Below are positions 26,432 to 35,654 of a stretch of DNA of 44,433 nt, piece after piece. The DNA comes from Fibrobacteria bacterium (GTDB taxonomy: Bacteria; Fibrobacterota; Fibrobacteria; UBA11236), in NCBI GenBank assembly GCA_041746255.1, contig JBGTHM010000110.1, forward strand, positions 1-44,433, in the 5' to 3' direction. A model generated the notes under the pieces. It was not told the origin of the DNA. It saw nothing but the letters and a program-made list of their open reading frames with translations, and made no database searches. The stretch's first letter is position 1, and every line of letters starts with the position of its first letter. Position numbers and translations under genes: made by a program.

Positions 26432-26631
26432 TCGTCCTCTCCTTTGAACTTCATTTCGCGGGCCGCGCGGAATTGCCTTCGATCACGCAAAAAGCTGCAA
26501 AAATTAACATAAATTTAAATCTAACCATTAGTCTAGGCTTACTATGCGGGCGGAATCAGCCTGACTTAGTATTGTATCCCCTCATGAACGAAGCATTGCC
26601 GATATTTCGCCGTTCCTGTAAAATAGGTGGG

Positions 26632-28530
26632 ATGCGCCTATGGAACACCTGGGTCGGATTCGGGCTTTTTTTTCTGTTGGCAGCATTTGTTCCCGCTCCT
26701 GCAAAGGCCCAAGCTTCCCTCGACATGCCTCCACCCGAGGTCGGTTTCGTATACCATCCGGACGATTTTACCATGGGCGATTCACTTCGATTAGAGGTTA
26801 CGGTCCGGATTCCCGACCGATGGCATATCAATTCCCATGCGCCCCTGGATGAATTTTCCATTCCCACCCGCTTGGAAATTTCCGCTCCTGGTTTGGAATT
26901 CGGTCGACCTGAATTTCCAGAGGGATATGTCAAGCATATCGAGATATTGGGCACCGACCTCTCTTTGTTCCAAGGCGTCTTCTCCGTGCAAGTGCCGGTT
27001 TTGCGAGTGGATGCCTCGGTCGGTGCGAACGCCCTTAAAGCAACACAGCTCATTTTGCATTATCAAGCCTGCAACGAGGCTATTTGCCTTCCGCCCCGCT
27101 CCATAGCGGGCCTGTACGGACCACTTCCCTCCGGAAAGGGTGAAGGGGGTCTGGTTCCAGTCAACGCCCCTGCTTCTGTCGATAAAAAAAAAGTTTCAGC
27201 GCTGAACGCTGAGTCCGGATCCGGTCCCTTGGCGGGATTCGATTTTTCGGGGGGAATCATTCCGCTGTTCTTTTTGCTGCTGGGCGCAGGATTGGCGCTC
27301 AATTTGACTCCGTGCGTCTATCCCATGTTGGCCATCACCATCAGCCTTTTCGGCACCCAGAGCAGTTCCGGGCTTATCCATCGGATGGGAATGTCGGTAA
27401 GTTACGTGATGGGCATCGTTATCACCTTCTCCGCGTTGGGGGTATTCGCAGCTTTTTCGGGAAACCTGTTCGGTTCCGCCTTGCAATCTCCCTGGTCGCA
27501 AGTATTTATCGCCGCCACTTTCGTCATTCTCGCTCTGGGATCCTTCGGGCTGTACAACATCCGGCTGCCGCAAAGCCTGATGGGCCGTGCCATGCAGGCC
27601 AGTAATTCCCAGGGATATGCCGGAGGACTTTTGGCGGGCCTTTTCGCAGGGGTGTTGGCGGCGCCCTGCATCGGACCCGTGGTATTGGCGCTGCTGATTT
27701 ACGTGGCCGAAAAAGGGAGTGTGGTTACCGGTCTTGGCATGTTCGCCACTTTGGCGCTGGGCATGGGAATTCCCTATTTGATTTTGGGCACATCCTCGTC
27801 CCTGCTTACCCGCCTACCCAAATCGGGCCAATGGATGGTCGATGTCAAAAACGTTTTGGGAGTGGTATTGCTGGTCCTTGCCGTCTATTATGCGCGGGGG
27901 TTTATCGGCGAAAAGGTTTATGGCTTGTTATTCGGAGGCCTCATCCTTTATATCGGACTGTACATCAATCCCTTCGCCCGCCTTGAGAACGTGAGCAGGG
28001 TAGTGGCGGGTTTGATCCGGTTGGTCGCTTTCCTGATTGTCCTTTATGGAACAGCGGAGTTGGGTCGCGTCTTGCTTGGGAAAGACTCGTTCGCGCAAAG
28101 GCCGGCTTTCGGGCCGGAGGCCTCGCCGCTTGTTTGGGAAGAATACGCCGAACCCGCCCTGGTGGAGGCCGTGTCCTTGAACCGACCGGTAGTCATCGAT
28201 TTTCAAAGCAAGATTTGGTGTGCGGCCTGTCGGGAAATGGAGGAAAAAACCTTTTCCCGCCCCGAGGTTCGTGGCGCCTTAAGCCGTTTTCGCTTGTTGG
28301 ACGTGGATGTCGATAAGCATCCTGAGGCAAAACAATTGCAGGAGCAATACGGTGTGCTGGGAATACCCACGCTGATTTTCCTGGATGCCGCCGGCCGGGA
28401 AGTGGACAGGGTGGTAGGCTTTCTCGGGCCGCAAGAGTTGCTGCAACGCATGCAACTTTTACCTATAACCGGAGAAAATCCGAAAGCCGAACAGGAGGAG
28501 AAGGCGATACGCGCCAACAGTATATTGTGA
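26632..28530 (+). CDS. dsbD: Thiol:disulfide interchange protein DsbD
   Basis: Signal peptide, N-domain QACNEAIC, TM cysteines LTPCVYP and APCIGP, C-terminal thioredoxin WCAAC. Start set at ATG 26632. Confidence 0.92.
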   Translation: MRLWNTWVGFGLFFLLAAFVPAPAKAQASLDMPPPEVGFVYHPDDFTMGDSLRLEVTVRIPDRWHINSHAPLDEFSIPTRLEISAPGLEFGRPEFPEGYVKHIEILGTDLSLFQGVFSVQVPVLRVDASVGANALKATQLILHYQACNEAICLPPRSIAGLYGPLPSGKGEGGLVPVNAPASVDKKKVSALNAESGSGPLAGFDFSGGIIPLFFLLLGAGLALNLTPCVYPMLAITISLFGTQSSSGLIHRMGMSVSYVMGIVITFSALGVFAAFSGNLFGSALQSPWSQVFIAATFVILALGSFGLYNIRLPQSLMGRAMQASNSQGYAGGLLAGLFAGVLAAPCIGPVVLALLIYVAEKGSVVTGLGMFATLALGMGIPYLILGTSSSLLTRLPKSGQWMVDVKNVLGVVLLVLAVYYARGFIGEKVYGLLFGGLILYIGLYINPFARLENVSRVVAGLIRLVAFLIVLYGTAELGRVLLGKDSFAQRPAFGPEASPLVWEEYAEPALVEAVSLNRPVVIDFQSKIWCAACREMEEKTFSRPEVRGALSRFRLLDVDVDKHPEAKQLQEQYGVLGIPTLIFLDAAGREVDRVVGFLGPQELLQRMQLLPITGENPKAEQEEKAIRANSIL

Positions 28531-28535
28531 AAAAA

Positions 28536-29867
28536 TTAGGGGTTAGGCGGAAGGAGAATCGCTTCCAAATCGTATTCGAGGGCATCCGTAACCAGGACAT
28601 CGCGAAACGAGCCCGGGTCCGCATCAAAAAGTCCATCGGATGGGTTGGAGTAGATGAGGACGCGATTATCGACTTCGGGGGCGTCGCCTTCCGTTCTGCC
28701 CACGTAGAGATAATCCTGGCCTTCCGCCACCCCATCCACGACCACACGCAGGGTCTTACCGATTTTTTTGAGGTTTTCTTCGAGGGAGATCTCCTGTTGC
28801 AGGGTCATCACTCTTTCCAGCCGCTTTTCCATGACCTCGGACTCAATTTTTCCGGGTAAATCATAGGCATGGGTGCCGTCTTCATCGGAATAGGTAAACC
28901 CGCCCAAGTGTTTGAAACGGACCTCTTCCATGAATTGCAGCAATTCATCCACGTCCGCTTCGGTTTCGCCGGGGTATCCCAAAAGTACGGTTGTCCGCAA
29001 GGAGAGATCGGGCATGGCTTCGCGCAGGCGGCTGAAGATTTTTTGCAAGTCGCCGTGTCCATAATTCCGTCGCATGGATCGCAGCATGGCGTCGCTGGCA
29101 TGTTGGATGGGAATGTCGAGGTATTTGCAAATCCGCTTTTCGTTGGCCATAAGCCCCACGAGTTCTTCGTCTACGAAGGCGGGATAGGCATACATAAGGC
29201 GAAACCAGGAAATGTCGGTTTCCCGTATTAGAGCTTGCAGCAGTTCGCTCAGGGTTTCACGCCCGTTTTTCTCCCGGCCGAAATAGGTCAAATCCTGCGC
29301 GATAAGGGAGATTTCCCGGATACCGTAGGTTTGTAGTTCCTGAGCTTCCTTTACCAGGTCTGCGATGCGGCGGCTTTTCTGTTTACCCCGCATTCCTGGA
29401 ATGGCGCAGAAGCCGCAAATACGGTTGCAGCCTTCCGCGATTTTCAAAAAAGCGTGATGAGGTTCCTCACCCATGAGGGTGCGGGGAGATGCGCCAATTT
29501 CACAATCGGAAGGTTTGGTTGAGTTGAGGCCCAGGCGCTCCAAAATCTCGCCGTTCCGGTAGGTACCCACCAATAAATCGATTTCGGGAATATCGCGTTT
29601 GAGTTCTTCGCCGTATCGCTGCGACAGGCAGCCGGCCACGATAATGCGTTCGCCTTCGCCGCGTCCTTGCACCCGCTCAAAGATTTCACCGATGGACTCT
29701 TCTTTTGCCGCTTCGATAAAGCCGCAGGTATTGATGACCGTGACTTCGGGGGATTCGCCCTCCAACGCCAGCCTATAACCGGCGCGTCCAAATTCCCCGA
29801 GAATATTTTCGCTATCGACCTGGTTCTTAGAGCATCCGAGGTTAACGATTCGGACTTTCTTTACCAT
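28536..29867 (-). CDS. rimO: Ribosomal protein uS12 methylthiotransferase
   Basis: LGCSKNQVDSE, NTCGFIEAAKEES, AGCLSQRY, radical-SAM CNRICGFC, C-terminal TRAM domain with DAPEVD. Confidence 0.95.
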   Translation of the reverse strand: MVKKVRIVNLGCSKNQVDSENILGEFGRAGYRLALEGESPEVTVINTCGFIEAAKEESIGEIFERVQGRGEGERIIVAGCLSQRYGEELKRDIPEIDLLVGTYRNGEILERLGLNSTKPSDCEIGASPRTLMGEEPHHAFLKIAEGCNRICGFCAIPGMRGKQKSRRIADLVKEAQELQTYGIREISLIAQDLTYFGREKNGRETLSELLQALIRETDISWFRLMYAYPAFVDEELVGLMANEKRICKYLDIPIQHASDAMLRSMRRNYGHGDLQKIFSRLREAMPDLSLRTTVLLGYPGETEADVDELLQFMEEVRFKHLGGFTYSDEDGTHAYDLPGKIESEVMEKRLERVMTLQQEISLEENLKKIGKTLRVVVDGVAEGQDYLYVGRTEGDAPEVDNRVLIYSNPSDGLFDADPGSFRDVLVTDALEYDLEAILLPPNP

Positions 29868-30697
29868 TCGTCTAAAAATCCGCCTTCATTGAAGGACGTG
29901 TCCTGAGGAGCTTCCGGCTCAGGGGTTGATGCGGGCGTTTCCCAACCCGATGTAGCGGGTTCGGAAGGAACAGCCTCCGGTTCGCGGGGCATATCCCAGG
30001 GCGAGGGGGAGGGGGCGGGTTCGGCAGGCATAGCAGGAGCAGCCGGCTCGCTGGGTGTGGTATAGCTTTCCGAGGCCGAACCGGTGGAGTAATCGGTAGC
30101 CGGGGTGGAATAAGAGTCGGTAGGTTGGTAGGACGAAGGGGCAGGCTGATAGCCGCCGCCATACTCGCTGCCGGAACCGACTTGGTCATTTGCCTTGTTG
30201 TCCACCCAATAGCTATACCCCATGGCCGCCAGAGTGTTATCCCCAAACGCTTTAGCAGCCGAAATAGTGCGAAAGCGACCAATGCGTACACGATGGTAGG
30301 TTCCAGGCAAATCGGCAGTGGGATTTTCGACTTGGGCCACATATGCGGGAAAGCCGTTATCTGCGAGCCGGGTCATGAAATTCTCAGCCTGATTCCGGCT
30401 TTTAAAAACGGAAACCTGAACCACGAAAGCTCCGTTATCCGAGAATTGCGCCTGCTGGGCGGAATAATCGGCTTCTGATTGTGCCCGGCGCTCACTTCCA
30501 GAAGGTCCTCCAACGGCTTGTAAAGAAGGTTCAGCAGGCAGGTAGGCGCTGGTGTCGGTATCATATTCGGTGGAGAAGGAGGGGACCTCTTCTACGAAGG
30601 CGGGTTCTTCCGTTTTTTTTCCGCAGCCGAGCAACATTGCCCCGCCTATTCCCAATGCGATTAGGGAATTTCGGTTATTGAATTTGGGATTTTTCAT
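29861..30697 (-). CDS. SPOR-domain lipoprotein with acidic Pro/Ser/Thr-rich tail
   Basis: Lipobox LLGC; SPOR motifs FVVQVSVFKSRNQA and YHRVRIGRF; low-complexity C-terminus. Stop overlaps the rimO start. Confidence 0.85.
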   Translation of the reverse strand: MKNPKFNNRNSLIALGIGGAMLLGCGKKTEEPAFVEEVPSFSTEYDTDTSAYLPAEPSLQAVGGPSGSERRAQSEADYSAQQAQFSDNGAFVVQVSVFKSRNQAENFMTRLADNGFPAYVAQVENPTADLPGTYHRVRIGRFRTISAAKAFGDNTLAAMGYSYWVDNKANDQVGSGSEYGGGYQPAPSSYQPTDSYSTPATDYSTGSASESYTTPSEPAAPAMPAEPAPSPSPWDMPREPEAVPSEPATSGWETPASTPEPEAPQDTSFNEGGFLDEW

Positions 30698-31065
30698 AGA
30701 AGGGCCCCTTCGGAGATTGAACTCGATGGCTGAATGAAATACTGGGTTTCACGGGACAACAAACCAACCCTTTTCAGGGACCTTTGGATGCCTGTTATTA
30801 TCCCACATGCCGAAAACGGAATAGAAGACCTTTTTTCAAGAATTTTCAAAGATCCAGGCGCCCAGGCCGGAATTTTAAGATTTAGATTAGGGAAATTTAC
30901 TAATAATTTCCTGGTTACCGGAACCCAAAAGACCGAAAAACTTCGAACAACTCCGATGGAGACCTGGGCCCAGGTCGAACTCATGGGTAAGGCAAGTCCA
31001 TGATAATAAAGGAAATCCAATATCATATTATTTCGATAGGAATAGTCTGGTTGAGTGGATTGTGC

Positions 31066-31094
31066 TTGACAGCCCTTTCCCTACTTGATACCTT
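31066..31094 (+). promoter_or_regulatory. Sigma70 promoter of rpsU
   Basis: TTGACA-17 bp-TACCTT with an extended -10 TG, about 40 bp upstream of the start codon. Confidence 0.75.
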
Positions 31095-31136
31095 TATCAG
31101 AGCACTTTCAAGATGTGAAAAGAGGTGAGAATTTCC

Positions 31137-31334
31137 ATGACCGGAGTAGTTGTACGACCCGGAGAGTCGTTTGAAAAGGCGCTGAGACGTTTCACCAAAA
31201 CTTGTGAAAAATCCGGAATCCTTTCGGACGTCAAAAAGAATCAGCGGTACGAAAAGCCCTCGGAAGAAAAGAAACGAAAGCATAACGCCGCGATTCGTAA
31301 GCATATCAAGGACCAAATAGAGGCCGAAGCCTAA
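31137..31334 (+). CDS. rpsU: 30S ribosomal protein bS21
   Basis: VVVRPGESFEKALRRF...YEKPSEEKKRK. GAGGTG RBS before ATG 31137. Confidence 0.96.
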   Translation: MTGVVVRPGESFEKALRRFTKTCEKSGILSDVKKNQRYEKPSEEKKRKHNAAIRKHIKDQIEAEA

Positions 31335-31364
31335 AAAGCCTCTTGTTTAAGTTGAAGTTCAAGC

Positions 31365-31392
31365 AGCGACCCCTAACCGGGTCGCTTTTTTT
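31365..31392 (+). terminator. Rho-independent terminator of rpsU
   Basis: AGCGACCC-CTAACC-GGGTCGCT stem-loop followed by a T run. Confidence 0.85.
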
Positions 31393-31419
31393 ATCCCGGC
31401 TCGAATCTTTCCAGGCTTT

Positions 31420-32331
31420 TCAAACCTCGTTGATGATGAGGGGCTTGTTGGATGAGTAGGTTTCATCGAAATAGTTGAAAATGCAGCACTCGGAGCGCCT
31501 GCCTTTCTCGATGTTAATGATAAGCTTGTCCACATATTTACGGGTGATGAAAAAGCCGCGACCCTGGTAGTCGAATACACCGCAGGGTAGGCCTTTTTCG
31601 TCTTGGGTAGTTTGGCGGTCAAGCCAATACAGCACCGTATGTTTGTCGAGTTTTCCTCCGAAGTCGAGAACGGAGACTGCGAATTTTTCGTTGTCGATGG
31701 CAACGGTCACCCGCACGGCTTCGTTTTCGGTAAGGCGGAAATTCTTATTCCAATCCTGCTTGGCGTCGCCCAGTTCGTCTCGGGCCCCGTAGAACAGAGC
31801 GTTTGTCATCAACTCTATCAGAACCACGCGGAATTTATGGCGGATGGGGCTCTCACCGTAAAATTCGGAAACGGATTCCGAGATGGAATCGATTTGCGAA
31901 GGTTCGCTCAGGAAAAATTCCTGGAGCGTAAATCCCGGCCTCATATAGCGTTCGAGGCCGAATACATCGTTTCGGAGCAGGTTATTCAAATTTTGGGTGA
32001 TTTCTCCCAGCCGAAGCGGCACTGTTTTGGGGATAACGTTGCCGATGTTGTGATCGCGGACCATGCGCATATAATCGTCAAGGTTACAGGCTGTCATGAG
32101 TACGCGTTTCATATCGGGGTAAATCGTGGCAACCTCGCGTAATAGTTCGAACCCCGTCATTTTCGGCATATTGATATCGGAGAGAATCATGTCGCAAGGC
32201 CGAGCTTGCAGGGCCTGCAATGCCTCGGGGCCGTCACAGGCGGTGGCTACATCGTAACCCAGCCCTTCCAAAGCCTCCTGCAAGACCTCCCGAATGGCAT
32301 TTTCGTCGTCGACGACAAGTACTTTATACAT
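31420..32331 (-). CDS. Response regulator receiver domain fused to a GHKL/HATPase (anti-sigma-kinase-like) domain
   Basis: REC motifs VLVVDDE and LSDINMPKMTG; C-terminal ELMTNALFYG (N box), VLDFGG (G1) and QGRGFFI (G2). Confidence 0.82.
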   Translation of the reverse strand: MYKVLVVDDENAIREVLQEALEGLGYDVATACDGPEALQALQARPCDMILSDINMPKMTGFELLREVATIYPDMKRVLMTACNLDDYMRMVRDHNIGNVIPKTVPLRLGEITQNLNNLLRNDVFGLERYMRPGFTLQEFFLSEPSQIDSISESVSEFYGESPIRHKFRVVLIELMTNALFYGARDELGDAKQDWNKNFRLTENEAVRVTVAIDNEKFAVSVLDFGGKLDKHTVLYWLDRQTTQDEKGLPCGVFDYQGRGFFITRKYVDKLIINIEKGRRSECCIFNYFDETYSSNKPLIINEV

Positions 32332-32395
32332 AAATTTGTGGGAGCTGATTACCGAGTGTTAATTTTCCAGAGACCCGTTCATTATTCATTGCAAT

Positions 32396-33931
32396 ATGGC
32401 AAGTATACCCTCCCCACTCTCCGATGACAAGACTTCAGTCCCCGGTATCGGCCTTGAAGATTCCACCTCTCGATTCCGGATGGAATTCCTGCTTGCCCGA
32501 GCCAACGCCGCCCAGCGCCAAGCCATTGCCTTTGATCATGATAGAAATGGCCCGGTGCTGGTGCTTGCGGGAGCAGGGTCGGGAAAAACCACGGTACTGG
32601 CGAGTCGTTTGGCATACATGGTGGCAAGTGGTGTGGCTCCCGATGCGATCACCGCATTGACTTTCACACGGGATGCCGCTTTGGAAATGCGGGAAAGGGT
32701 GGGGCAAAGGTGCCGCGAAATTGGATTGGGAAGCGCAGCGCCGGAAATAACCACCTTTCATGGTCTGGCTTATGGAATCATAGGGGGTCGGAGCGATGGA
32801 GTGGATAACTGGCAGCGGTTGGAGTTTTCCCGGCCGCCGAGGCTGGCAGATGAGGAGCAAAGGGCGAGCCTCCTCGCTACCCTGCGCGCCCGCCTGGGAA
32901 ATTGGGTAAGTGGCGATGCGGTGGACGAATGTCTGTTCGCGCGGGAGGAGGCGGATCCGCGCATGTCGGCGGTGCGTGATGGATATCTGTCGCTTATTCG
33001 CGCGGAAGGGTTGATTGCCTTCGGAGACATGGTACCCTTGGCGTTGAAACTGGCACGGGAGCATCCGGATTGGCTGGATACTTGGCAGATGCGGCATACG
33101 CATTATCTCGTGGATGAGTTTCAAGATACCAGCCCTGATCAACTTGAATTGATGCGGCTTTTCGTGGGAAATCGTACCAATTTTTTTATCGTGGGCGATG
33201 ACGACCAGGCGATTTATTCCTTTCGCGGCGCCGATAGCCGTTGCCTGGACGCCGTATTTCACATGTATCCCAATCTCAAGGTCATTAAGCTTGAAGAGAA
33301 CTACCGGTCGACGGCGGGAATAGTCGCTTATGCCAATCGGATTTTTGCGGATAAGCCGAGGCGATTGCGCAAAATCCTACGGCCCGCCCGTAGCAGCGAA
33401 GCCGCACTGTTCCGGGAAAACCGGAATCCCTGCGTTACCGTGCATGCTACGGTTGAGGCGCAAGCCGAATGGATGCTGGGGGAGATGCGTCGCTTACGAA
33501 AAGAATATAATTTGGAGTGGGCCGATTTCGCCGTGCTATACCGACTCAATGCCATCGAAGAGGGTTACAGGCGCAGCCTCACCGCCTTGGCCGGAAACGA
33601 AATCGACGGCATCCGCTTCATGACGGTCCACGGATCCAAGGGCCTGCAATTCCCCGTCGTTTTTTTCGTCGGGCTGGAACAGGGGATATGCCCGTACCGC
33701 GAGGCGCTGGGCGATGTCGATGCGGAAAGGCTCAAAGAAGAGCGTAGAGTCTTCTATGTGGGAGTCACGCGCGCGGAAAGCCGGCTCTACTTATGCAGCT
33801 GCCTGGAACGAAAATGGCATGGGCGTAAAAAAAGGTTCAGTCCCAGCATGTTTTTGCGAGCCCCCGTAACCGTCGGTATCAAGAGCCTACTCGCGGTTTT
33901 GCTGCAGGGTTCGGGTAACGGACGCCCATGA
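32396..33931 (+). CDS. UvrD/Rep/PcrA-family (SF1A) helicase, compact form
   Basis: Q motif NAAQRQAI, AGAGSGKT, TFT, TFHG, DEFQDT, GDDDQAIYSFRGA, ENYRST, TVHGSKGLQF, EERRVFYVGVTRA. The start may be a later ATG (MEFLL). Confidence 0.9.
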   Translation: MASIPSPLSDDKTSVPGIGLEDSTSRFRMEFLLARANAAQRQAIAFDHDRNGPVLVLAGAGSGKTTVLASRLAYMVASGVAPDAITALTFTRDAALEMRERVGQRCREIGLGSAAPEITTFHGLAYGIIGGRSDGVDNWQRLEFSRPPRLADEEQRASLLATLRARLGNWVSGDAVDECLFAREEADPRMSAVRDGYLSLIRAEGLIAFGDMVPLALKLAREHPDWLDTWQMRHTHYLVDEFQDTSPDQLELMRLFVGNRTNFFIVGDDDQAIYSFRGADSRCLDAVFHMYPNLKVIKLEENYRSTAGIVAYANRIFADKPRRLRKILRPARSSEAALFRENRNPCVTVHATVEAQAEWMLGEMRRLRKEYNLEWADFAVLYRLNAIEEGYRRSLTALAGNEIDGIRFMTVHGSKGLQFPVVFFVGLEQGICPYREALGDVDAERLKEERRVFYVGVTRAESRLYLCSCLERKWHGRKKRFSPSMFLRAPVTVGIKSLLAVLLQGSGNGRP

Positions 33932-34692
33932 AAGCTTGGGCGAACATGCTCCGGGTATTCTGGTACATGATCAAACATATGCCGATATTCAGCTTTTACG
34001 ATCTATTCCGTCCCCAAGATCGGGACGCCTATTTCCGGAAAATCTATTTGCAATGGGGCGATCGCCTGCTGGGATGGTATGAGGCCACGGTAGATGTTAG
34101 GGGCAGAGAGAATTACCGGCCCGATTGGGAGGGAGGATGGGTGATTCTTGCCAACCACCAGAGCCAATTAGACATTCCGGTGTTGTTGAAGGCCTTGCAT
34201 GCCCCGTTGACTTTCGTGGCCAAAAAGGAGTTGTCCTATGTGCCTTTTCTGAGTTACTGGATGAAAAAGGTGGGATGCATTTTTATCGATCGTAAGGACA
34301 AGGCTGCGGCCCGGAAAACTTTGCAATATGAGGTGGGAAGGCTGCCGGACAGGCCGCTGGTGGTTTTTCCCGAAGGAACCCGGAGCCGGGACGGGCGACT
34401 GCTTCCTTTCAAGCCGGGTTCCGGGCGTATACCGCTCTTGGCGAACGCACGGGTCTTGCCGGTGCTCATCCAGGGGTCGCGCGACGCGGTGGAGAACCGC
34501 AGGGCCTTCGGAAACCAGGTTACCGTACAGGTTACTGTGTTTCCACCCTTGGATACGCGGGGATGGGAAGACAGCCGGGATTCGCTTGAGAAAATCCGCA
34601 GCTATGTCGAGGATTGCTGGAACGTAGGCTGGGAAGAGGATGCCCAGTTAGCAAGTTCAACGCGAGGCGACGGTGCCGGCAGGGGACAGTAA
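33928..34692 (+). CDS. plsC: 1-acyl-sn-glycerol-3-phosphate acyltransferase
   Basis: NHQSQLD (HX4D), FVAKKEL, FIDR and FPEGTRS motifs. ATGA overlap with the helicase. Confidence 0.88.
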   Translation: MKAWANMLRVFWYMIKHMPIFSFYDLFRPQDRDAYFRKIYLQWGDRLLGWYEATVDVRGRENYRPDWEGGWVILANHQSQLDIPVLLKALHAPLTFVAKKELSYVPFLSYWMKKVGCIFIDRKDKAAARKTLQYEVGRLPDRPLVVFPEGTRSRDGRLLPFKPGSGRIPLLANARVLPVLIQGSRDAVENRRAFGNQVTVQVTVFPPLDTRGWEDSRDSLEKIRSYVEDCWNVGWEEDAQLASSTRGDGAGRGQ

Positions 34693-35553
34693 GGCCGCGG
34701 CGTGCATGTCGGCGTGGTAGGAGCTGCGTACCAACGGCGCGGATGTGCAAATGCGAATCCCGTTCGCCAGCGCGAAATCCTTCATTTCGGCGAACTCGGA
34801 GGGGTGAACATATCGATCCACCGGCAGGTGGGAGTCCGAAGGGCTGAGGTATTGGCCCAGCGTCAGAATATCGACCTGTAGGGAGGCAACGTGCAAAATC
34901 ATCTCGCGGATTTCGTCCGGGGATTCGCCAAGCCCTAGCATCAGGCTCGTCTTGGTCACGAACCCGCGACTTTTTGCGTGTTTCAAAACGGCGCTGCTGT
35001 CGGCGACATTGCCGCGGCCGCGTACTTTTTTCTGAAGGCGGGCGACGGTTTCCAGGTTGTGGTTGAAAATGTCGGGCTGACCGGCAAGAATGATGTCCAC
35101 CAAATCGAGTCGGGCCTGCATGTCGGGGATTAGGATTTCCAGGCGGCATTCCGGAGCTGCGTCCTTAACCCGGAAAAGCGTTTCGGCCCAGACTTCGGAG
35201 CCCTGGTCGGGTAGGTCGTCGCGCGTCACGGAGGTGATTACCGCGTACTTCAAGCCCATGAGGCGTATCGAATCGGCCACGCGCGCAGGCTCCTCGCGGT
35301 CATAGGAGCCAGGCTTCCCTTTGGGGACGTCGCAAAACCGGCAACCCCGGGTGCAGAGGTTACCCAGAATCATGAAAGTGGCGGTTCCGCGCGACCAGCA
35401 TTCGCCAAGATTGGGACAGCTTGCACTTTGGCAAACGGTATGCAGCTGGTTTTTCTCGACAATGGCGCGTACGCGGGAATATTCGACGCCCCCCGGAATT
35501 TTCGCCTTGAGCCAGGAAGGTTTACGATGAGGAAGAGTGGCTTCTATGGTCAT
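34657..35553 (-). CDS. lipA: Lipoyl synthase
   Basis: RKPSWLK, CQSASCPNLGEC (CX4CX5C), CTRGCRFC, VTRDDL, HNLETV, RSSY. Start set at ATG 35553. Confidence 0.96.
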   Translation of the reverse strand: MTIEATLPHRKPSWLKAKIPGGVEYSRVRAIVEKNQLHTVCQSASCPNLGECWSRGTATFMILGNLCTRGCRFCDVPKGKPGSYDREEPARVADSIRLMGLKYAVITSVTRDDLPDQGSEVWAETLFRVKDAAPECRLEILIPDMQARLDLVDIILAGQPDIFNHNLETVARLQKKVRGRGNVADSSAVLKHAKSRGFVTKTSLMLGLGESPDEIREMILHVASLQVDILTLGQYLSPSDSHLPVDRYVHPSEFAEMKDFALANGIRICTSAPLVRSSYHADMHAAALLSPAGTVASR

Positions 35554-35654
35554 GTCCAAAAAGATATTAATTGACGCCGGACTCAATCCCCATTCCCTCT
35601 TTGAGCGCCGGTAGGAAAAGGGTTTAACTACTTTTTGAGGAAAAATCCGAGGGT

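Noticed and set aside
32140..32165. GTTCGAACCCCG resembling a tRNA T-arm
   Set aside because: Inside the response-regulator CDS, with no acceptor, D or anticodon stems around it.
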